DNA of 64,000 nt from contig OZ059898.1 in the NCBI GenBank assembly GCA_964057225.1, positions 11,160,001 through 11,224,000 on the forward strand, written 5' to 3'. Origin of the DNA: Auanema rhodensis. Taxonomy: Eukaryota; Animalia; Nematoda. Below the pieces are notes generated by a model. The model was not told the origin of the DNA, made no database searches, and saw only the letters and a list, made by a program, of their open reading frames with translations. Within the stretch, counting starts at the first letter, position 1, and every line of letters starts with the position of its first letter. Positions 56,001 through 64,000 of this stretch are shown here, piece by piece. A program made the translations under genes and the position numbers.

Positions 56001-59000
56001 AGAATTCTTATGCATTTCCAACGTTTGGAACATGTTTTTAGGCGCTCCTGTTGCAACCGGAGATGGTGAGACAGCTCAAAATGCTACAGAAGGCAATCCT
56101 GCCACAATACGCTGTAACATTGATGGAGACATGCCGCAGATATCTTGGCAGAAGGTTACTACTTTTCAGAATTTTTTTGTTTTGCTGTTATTTCGATAGA
56201 AACTCTAAACAACTGGAATTATTTCAGAGTGGAATGGCTGTTTTGCCATCAACCACTATCGACTTCAGTGAAGATCGTATGGAATTGCTGTTAAAGTCTG
56301 TTCGATTAAGCGATGAAGGTGTTTACATCTGCACAGCCATTAACTCCGCCGGAAATGCAACTCATAAAACAATTCTATATGTTGGAGGTACGAGTTTATC
56401 AGGATTGATTAAAGTGAAAAAATGGTTTGAATTGGCTAATAATCACTTTAATCATTTGAACAATGTAGATCTAAATTATAGAAAGAAAAAAGAGATTGGG
56501 AAAGAAATATGTATGTGTATGTAGTGGGTACGAGGACATGGATGTAGAAAATAAATTTGAATTTAAAAGCTAGAATAGACTATTTACGTCAATTCTATAT
56601 AAGTTGAAGCTTTTGGATTACAACTTTGTAAAATCTGTATTGCACAAAACTTGAAACATTAACAATATCAGATAAGACAATGAGCTTTTTTAACATAAAC
56701 GTTCATGAGGAATTAAAATATTATTGAAATGTTAGTTTCCTTTCGAGACCAAGTATATTCCTGTTAGCTAATCATATTCATAGTACTCATCCATTATTCC
56801 CTGAAATATTTTAATAATAAGAAGTATAACTTAAGTTTTAGCAAGGCAAGCACGTCAACCTAGTTTCTAATCTTGCATATTAAATGAAAAGATTTATCTC
56901 GACACACCTTGTTTGGCAGAAATTTTTTCCGAAAAACTCGCAAAAAATTTTTAAATACTTTGGGATCCATCTGTTCGTCTTCAGAATTCTAAAATAAAAG
57001 AAATTAGTTTTTTGGTATAAAACTATGCTGTTACTTCTGAATTATACAGATCGTTCATTATTTCATCAGGATTGAGTCCTTAAAAAAATAAATTCTTGCA
57101 TAGTTTCAACAAATATATGAGAACTTACGGAAAGCCGATGTCACGTAAAAAACACTAAGTGTTAATAAAACTAGTGAAACTAGAAACGACTTCATCAATC
57201 TCCCTGAAATCTGAGGGCATTTAGTCAACAGTAAACACAAAAGACACAACATCTCAAACGGAATCGTCAAGAAATAAATACGAATATGGGAAAAATCTTT
57301 AGCGAGAGAGAGTGATAATTTGAGAGATAGAGAGAACAGGGGGATGAAAGAGAAGAACTGGGAAATCGAGAGAAATGGAATGGAAGGGATAAGACAATTT
57401 TTGCTAGAGAAGGGTTTGAATTGTGTAGTGAAATGAAATGAAACGATGTAATATGTGATCATGATGAGTTTGAAACGAAGAATAAATATGGAAATATGTC
57501 GGTTCGCAAGCTTTTGATAGAAATATTTTTCAATACAGCTAATTACATGGAAAAAATGTAACAATTGTGAAAATTAAATCGAAAAATGACAATTATATCC
57601 AATTTAAAAAGAATTTTTTTATTGAACTGTAAATTGAATATTAAATATAAATAGAAGAGCAAAATTAGTAAGGTATAGATGACGGAACATAGGGAGAATG
57701 AGATAGGGGAGGAGGAGAATGAAAGGACGTCAGGATAGGATGATGTAACTTGAAAGGCACACATTATGTTTTGGAAAACAATAGTAAAATCTTGAATAAA
57801 ATTTGAAGAAACAAAAATGATACTAGTTTTATATAGTAGAAAAATGATAAAAACGTTGTTCAAATCAGTTTTTTAAATTATATTTTCAGTACCACCCAGA
57901 ATATCTGATGGATCTCCTAAAGTAACATTTAAAAATGGAGAAGCTGCTACATTATGGTAATCTGAAACTGCTTTTAGTAGACATTTTTAATAAATTCACG
58001 GAAAAATAGAACAGAAAATCAAAATAAAATTAGAGAAACACTTTTTTTAAATCATGTTTTTAGGTGTGAAGCTGTCGGTGTGCCTACTCCCAATATAACA
58101 TGGTGGAAAGGTGACACGATGCTCAACAACAGTAAGTTATTTCCAACATTTTTCTCAAATTTGTAAAAAGTTAAAATGCATTCTTACATTGAATGTACTT
58201 ATAAATTTCAATTATTTTATGAAAATTGGTGTGCAGATGGTAATAGAAATTAGTGTTTTTGAACTTAAAGATTTGCTTTCTTCTAATTTACAACGTGCTG
58301 CAAAAAACTTCAAAAAAGTTATATTAGATGCACAATTTGATTCAAATTCGTTTTTCCCAGTCAAAATATAAATAAATGATAATTAATTGTTAAACATAAT
58401 TCAACTATATATTTTAGCTGGTATTGATGATCATAGTAATTCACCAAAAAAATCAGCAATCTTCAATGCTGTGTCAATTGATGATGCTGGAATATATACT
58501 TGTAAAGTGGATAATTGGGCCGGAACAACAGAAAAAGATTTCGATCTGATCGTGCTGAGTAAGTTTGAATATAGCAACATCTGAAGCATTTGAAAGAAGG
58601 TTGGGTCTCGAACATAAAAGAGGATGGCGCATTTGAGTATGAAATCAAAAAGGGAAACACATAACGAGAAGAGATTAAGTGAAAGCGTAGCTTGCTAACT
58701 AACTAACCGAATCGAGATATATTAGAAAACGTTAGATGAAAGTCGAAAACTATTTTTATTCCTATTGGTGTATAGTTTGCATAAATTAATAAAAAATGAC
58801 CTTAAAGTAAAATAACACACATATACTATGATGATATATCATTTGAATATGTGTAGGATGTTCTAGTGAAGCACAAAGTAATTAGTTGTGTATTTGATTG
58901 AGAAGTATCCGAGAATGCAATTGTTTTTCAATTTTTTTCTATTGATAGTTTCGTTGGAGGAAGAAAAAATGAATGATGTGAATTTTTAAGTGGTTGCCAA

Positions 59001-59207
59001 CTTTTTTTTTGTGATTAAAAATGGAGAGGGGGAGATAAAGATGTAGTGATACGAAGAGAGAATTGAGCAATAGCATAACGATAAACTTGAAATAAAAAAA
59101 TAATTTTTTTTTATTATTATGTGTAATAGTCATCCAGTCTCTATTTAACTACACTGAGCATATTATAGTAAATATAATATAATATATACATATCTATATA
59201 TATATAT

Positions 59208-59250
<43 letters not shown>

Positions 59251-62200
59251 TGTGTACACATGGATATTTCCTGAAGTTTTTTTCTGTGTTGATTGAAAAT
59301 AATTTCAAAATTTTAACAATTATAAAAAAATACTAAGACTAATAATGTTAGAAAGAAGAAAACTAAATGAAGATAAGGCAACTAGAAGGCTTCGTTAGAA
59401 CATATTCTTCATTTTGTCCAGGAAAAACAAGCATTTGATCGGTCAAAAGCCTTTAGTAGTAACCGGGTCTCTTTAAAAAATAACCAAACTAATATCCAAA
59501 GGTCAATATTAGATTTCATTTCCGCAGGATATTCGTATATTGCTTACATGTAAAGATACAAGTTTTCAACAAAATTAAAAAATAATTGGTATTATTCTTC
59601 GTCTTCATTTCACTATTTCTTGAAAATACGATGTTTTTTTCTTAAACAGGTTTAACCAATTAATTCCAGCTCAGCCGCAAATATTCCCAGAGCGTGAAAA
59701 TGTGACCACAAATCCACGCCAGGAAGTAATTCTTCGCTGCAATGCTACGGGAAATCCTGAACCAGTTGTTACTTGGATTAAAGCGCCAAATGAGCCAATA
59801 GAAGTTTCACAAAGTAGTTTTCCTCATTATTTCTGCGTGAGAACTTAATTTTCTATGCAGAATATCAATTACTGGGAACATCCTTAGCCATTCGTAATGT
59901 ATTGCCTGAAGATGAAGGATTCTATCACTGCATAGCAAAAAGCGATGCTGGTCAAAAGATAGGATATCGTCATCTTGTTGTTAACAGTAAGCATTAAAGA
60001 TTATCAAGAATGAAAACAAAATTTACTTTAATTTTCTGCAGAAGTCGATCATGAACAGAAAGTGATTTGGATGGATTGTGATGAGAATAATATGCCAATC
60101 AAGAGTTCTTATGTGCAGAGTCGAGGCGATGTTCCTGATGATAAAACTGAGTTTTTACCGTGGGGAGAAATCCCGGTATGTTTATAAAGTTGTACTCAAG
60201 AACATAGCTTGTGGACTTGTCATACACATGCTTGCATACTTTGTGATACATACGATATTTTATATTATATATTAAACAAATAACTTTTTCTAGGACACGT
60301 CATTGGAAGGCACTAATGTCACTATTCGATGTATTCCTGGTCCTCGGCAGATTTCACAACGAAAAGTTTGTTGTTTCCAATTTCGCGAAAGAATTAGGTA
60401 TACATTTAGGTTGGCTTACAAGTTCCTCCAAAGTTTGTGATTACCCCACAGCCTAACAAAGCTTCTCTGGGTTCCCTCGTTGAGCTCACTTGCAGGTTCG
60501 GAATCGTTTGAATAACAGTTACCTAAAATATGTTCCAGTGCTGCGGGCCCGCCAATTCCAACAATATTCTGGACAAAAGATGGGGATTTAGTTCCTGGAA
60601 AAGAACCTGAAAGTCAGCTTAGTCGTCTTGTAATCCACTTGGTGAATGAGACAGCTGCCGGAAAGTATGCATGTCATGCTCGAAATGGTGTCGGAATCGT
60701 TTCCGTAAGAGTGGAAGAAGCAAAATTTGTCTTCATGATCTTCTTCTAGGCTGAAGCTCTTGTCGAAATTGACTTGAATATTGATGCTACGCCCTCACCA
60801 ACAACATCACAAACACGTAAAGTAGCCGTATTGACATGTTATGAACGTGGCGTTCCTTTTACAAGAGGAGTGTCATGGGAGTTCCATTCTTCACCAATTG
60901 ATCGCCGATTACGTGGGCACAATTTTATGAATAACGGAAGCTTAGTTATATATGATAGAACTCCAACGGTACTTTAACTTAATTGAGCAAAACCATTAAT
61001 ATCGTACCTTTCAGCCAGAGGATCTTAAAGGATATTCTTGTAAAGTCCGTAATCGTAGACGTCTCCACTCTGTTGACTTGGTAACTTTTCGTTTTGACAA
61101 TTTCTGAAACAGAAGATATAATTCTAGGTTGAAGTCGAAGAAACAGCTCCTGTTGTTGAAACCAACCCGTCTACCGTACAAGTTCCAACAAGCGGTCAAA
61201 TTTCATTGCAATGTCACTTGTCTTCCAATCCTCTTGTTACCCATGTTGAATGGACTCGAAATGATCAGCTTGTTCATACTGATGAGATCACACATGTTAT
61301 GGTACTGACTTACTTTACAAATAATTCATTATTTTCATATGATTTTCAGCCAAATAACTCCCTAATAATCTCAGAAATAGAAGATTATGACAAGGGAGTT
61401 TATAAATGTGTTGCCAGTAATTCTCTTGGAAAAGCATTTGATAGTGTTGAAGTTGTTATAGATGGTATGTGTTAACGCTGATATAGTCATGTTACTATAC
61501 TCGCTCCAACTCATCGTTTTTCTAAAATTTGTTTCTTTTGTTAGAGCCCTTACTCACTTTTCTGTTTCAAAATAAGTTATTCACATAGTCTTTGGATAGA
61601 AAATAGAATTGCATGTATGTAATAAATTGTTTTAGATGGCAGCACAACTACAATTGGATATATTGATGAAGTAATAGAAAACTCACAAACCTCAACAGGT
61701 AGAATAGAAGAAAAATACGTATTTACTAACTACTGATTTAGATATAGCTTCATCGACATCTACAACAACCTCATCATCAAGCACAACAACGACAACGTCA
61801 ACTACTACAACTACAACTACAACTACAGCACCAAAGACAACGTCTACTACCACGACGACTACCTCCACAACTACTGCTGTTCCAACTACTACAGCAACGC
61901 CCATAACAACAACTTCCATAAGCATTGAACCAACCAATAGTTCTCAGGAATATGAAGAAGAGTATGAAGAAATAGAAGGTAGCGGATATGACGATGTAAG
62001 GATGCCTGAAGTCAGTGTTTCTATTCAACAAGAGAGCATATGTCCAGCTGGATACACAAGTATCAACGGGTTATGTACTGGTACGAACAAAAATTAACAC
62101 ATAAGACTAAACGATTATTCAGGAGCTAATCCAAATGGAACTAACCTTAAAGCCATTCCATACATTACAAATGATAGATGCCCAGAAGGCTTCTTTTTAC

Positions 62201-63356
62201 ATGATACATTATGTGAAGGTATACATGAATCAAGCTTTTATAAGCATGTTCGACCAAACAATCTTCAAAACAAAATTCAGATATTGACGAATGTGCTTTT
62301 GATCGGCCTTGTGATTATCAATGTTTCAATACCGTTGGTTCATATGAATGTAGTTGTCCAGATGGTTACGATTTAGATGAAATTTGCAAAGGTAAATATA
62401 TATAAACATATATATTTTTAGAAACAAACAGTTTTCTCCTTCACTGGCTATATAAAATAAAGTTAAAGCTACGAAAGCTGTATTAGAATAGCTCATTTCA
62501 AACACACAAAAAAACAAAAAAACAATAGCGGAGCCTATCATGTTAAGCTTGAATGCTGATGTTATCCCAGCATTTCCACTGAGGAGCATTAGAATAAAGC
62601 ATTGAGCAGAAGGAAAAAATCTAATTAATCAAATATTCTTTCAAGATATTGACGAGTGTGCGGAAAATCCCTACATTTGTGACGTTAGCGAAGTATGTTT
62701 CAATACTTTTGGAGGGTTTGAATGTATGCCAGATCCATGTCCTCAAAACTATACCGTAGAAGATAAAAGGTTTGTGTACACCATTGCAGAGCATTAAAAG
62801 AAAAATAACTCTGTTTCAATGCCATAAATTTACTTTTTATTTCAGATTATGTGTTCCGGAATGCACAGATTGTGATGACCCACCAATTCAACTTCAAATG
62901 TTGGCTGTACAAGCAGGTCTACCACCAGGTATTTTCAGAGATATCTTGTTGATTCATTATATTTCGAAATTGCTTTTCTATTTCTCTCTTTTTATAAATT
63001 ATAAAATATAATTATATTTTTCTTTATAGGAACACCTCTTGCTCAGTTGACAGCATATGATAAGAATGGAAAGGTTTTAACAGATACCAAATTCTCAATT
63101 GCTACAACATTAGAGGGATTATCTAAAGGTATATTTTAGAATATGAAAAGAAAAAAACTGCTACTTCTCAGGATTGTCACGATCTGGACCATTTACCACA
63201 CGAGCTAGGAATGGACAAGCCACCGTAATCACAAACAAATTGTTGGTAGCGGGATCTAGACATCGTATTCGTGTACGAGCCGAATCAGACGCTCGTCATG
63301 CTCACCGTGAAACACATTTCCTCCTTTTGATTGATGTTGGGCAATTCGATTTTTAA
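14162..63356 (+). CDS. him-4: Hemicentin (HIM-4 orthologue), about 126 coding exons
   Basis: Signal peptide [19 protein letters not shown] (exon 14162-14263). vWA domain [21 protein letters not shown]...[18 protein letters not shown]...[12 protein letters not shown]...[33 protein letters not shown], recognisably hemicentin. About 47 I-set Ig repeats counted by hand (18.8-61.5 kb), SRGDVP linker, Thr-rich linker, DIDEC cbEGF modules (62281, 62646) and fibulin-type end ...[14 protein letters not shown]-stop. AATAAA at 63512-63517. Confidence 0.97.
30030..30052. repeat. (TA)n microsatellite
   Basis: Direct reading. Confidence 0.85.
30431..45920 (-). CDS. Nested antisense gene: tandem ADAM10/17-like Cys-rich domain protein with hydrophobic (GPI-like) C-terminus, about 411 aa
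   Basis: Minus-strand exons 45920-45340, 37799-37668, 35458-35288, 31998-31848, 30631-30431; GT-AG, phases 2, 2, 2, 0, all consistent. 30 Cys downstream of the hydrophobic segment, two CxC...CxLCC units, tail [20 protein letters not shown]-stop. The start codon is the least certain part. Confidence 0.9.
33761..33819. repeat. (AG)n microsatellite
   Basis: About 29 units with one interruption. Confidence 0.95.
42874..42913. repeat. (CAT)n microsatellite
   Basis: About 13 perfect units. Confidence 0.95.
46126..46142 (+). repeat. G17 homopolymer (G-quadruplex capable)
   Basis: 17 consecutive G. Confidence 0.9.
46948..46998. repeat. (CT)n microsatellite
   Basis: Direct reading, one interruption. 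Confidence 0.9.
52611..53513 (+). CDS. In-frame intronic extension of the him-4 Ig36 exon: candidate alternative terminal exon (300 aa)
   Basis: Donor CTC T|gtatga at 52612 normally splices to 53881. Read-through gives 300 open codons to TAG at 53511-53513 with coding-like composition, then a U-rich segment and AATAAA at 53754-53759. Confidence 0.75.
   Translation, partial: CMNLATDKCRELEYAHINKKRADYNRRQTERELQTRSRQSLNQRALSHTSSSPLSITTQSNSNPNPDDVPTASSRPLNSLPHLSVSSISQHSNSLSNSSSQSDLSHIPNSTIFDADTQTTYPDVQFIYEQYRRRYDEERARYEEHLRRRHEEQRRREQEHQRRLQRHRMEEERRHAFYQQQIEEQQRRRLEDEKLAQMIRQNRRLQQNLHLMTNKELDTLVPSDVDMMKISEDVTSSPESQALAQRWLKTRFDVVDLRPSERVKKVRSLRIRAAPDVRKRRRHHPCRPIKCRFRAIHLRT
56768..57195 (-). CDS. 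Nested antisense gene: small secreted peptide precursor (4 exons, 74 aa)
   Basis: Exons 57195-57129, 57078-57035, 56988-56908, 56800-56768; introns 50, 46 and 107 nt, GT-AG, phases 1, 0, 0. ATTTCAG acceptor 8 nt before the ATG. Protein [74 protein letters not shown]. Confidence 0.72.
59214..59247. repeat. (TA)n microsatellite
   Basis: Direct reading. Confidence 0.9.
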
Positions 63357-63772
63357 TATTAAAAGCAGGAAACCAAGAATATATTCAAGAGCAATTTACC
63401 GATTCCAATGTTTGTGTTATTGTTTTCTTTTCTTTACTTGTATATCGGTCTTATCTTAATTTTTAATTTTATAATTTGATCTGAAACTTTACATTTATTT
63501 TATAAAGTCCTAATAAATATTGAGCACTATCATTATTATCAACAACTATAACTAATGAACAAATAATTTTAGACAAATTGATTGACTTAAAAATTATAAG
63601 TAAGCGAAAATATTGTTGAAACATTCTTTATACTCTATATGATAATCACAACCAATGCTTAAAAATTGAAAATGCTGTTGACCAGGAAACATAGAACACC
63701 GCATAAAACTAAAAACGGATCATCCAAATACAAATGGAAACTGAAATGCATTCACAGAACACGTGAGAGAAT

Positions 63773-64000
63773 TTAGAGACGAGCTTCGATAAGTTGCTCC
63801 AGAAGTCTAGCATCCTTAGCGAAATTGCGGATTCCTTCAGCTAATTTCTCAGTAGCCATAGCATCCTCATTCATAGCCCAACGGAAATATTTCTCATCAA
63901 CAGTAATAGCAGGAATATCGAGAGAAGCGACTGAAAAAAAAACGCTACTTAACTTGATCGTAAACAAATGCGATACCGTTTTCACTCTTGAGAACATGAG
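63773..64000 (-). CDS. tald-1: Transaldolase, 3' end (partial, runs off window)
   Basis: Last exon 63930-63773 encodes ...[42 protein letters not shown]-stop, the conserved transaldolase C-terminus. 46-nt intron 63976-63931; penultimate exon ends at 63977. Confidence 0.93.
   Translation of the reverse strand, partial: LMFSRVKTVSHLFTIKLSSVFFSVASLDIPAITVDEKYFRWAMNEDAMATEKLAEGIRNFAKDARLLEQLIEARL

Noticed and set aside
61692-61937. Minus-strand poly-Val ORF
   Set aside because: Antisense shadow of the Thr-rich him-4 exon.

Overview
AT-rich eukaryotic DNA from a nematode, probably a rhabditid (many 43-55 nt introns with TTTCAG/TTTTAG acceptors). The six-frame ORF track mostly shows exon fragments, so all gene models below were spliced by hand. 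(1) 1.3-11.6 kb: two tandem + strand paralogues, each with a signal peptide, ten 57-nt Thr-rich micro-exons carried in a 254-256 bp exon+intron tandem repeat, and a C-terminal C6-type six-Cys domain. Their flanking introns are almost identical but their C6 heads are only about 40% identical. (2) 14162-63356 +: a complete hemicentin (him-4) gene of about 126 coding exons (signal peptide, vWA, about 47 Ig, RGD linker, Thr-rich linker, EGFs, fibulin-type C-terminus). (3) Three coding units inside him-4 introns. The first is a 5-exon antisense gene in the 18.5-kb intron encoding two protease-less ADAM10/17-like Cys-rich repeats with a GPI-like tail. The second is a 300-codon in-frame intronic extension after Ig36 with its own AATAAA, a candidate alternative C-terminus. 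The third is a 4-exon antisense gene for a 74-aa secreted peptide with a cationic amphipathic core, of which the ORF track shows only the first exon. (4) The 3' end of a convergent transaldolase gene. No rRNA, tRNA, CRISPR or recognisable transposon was found.
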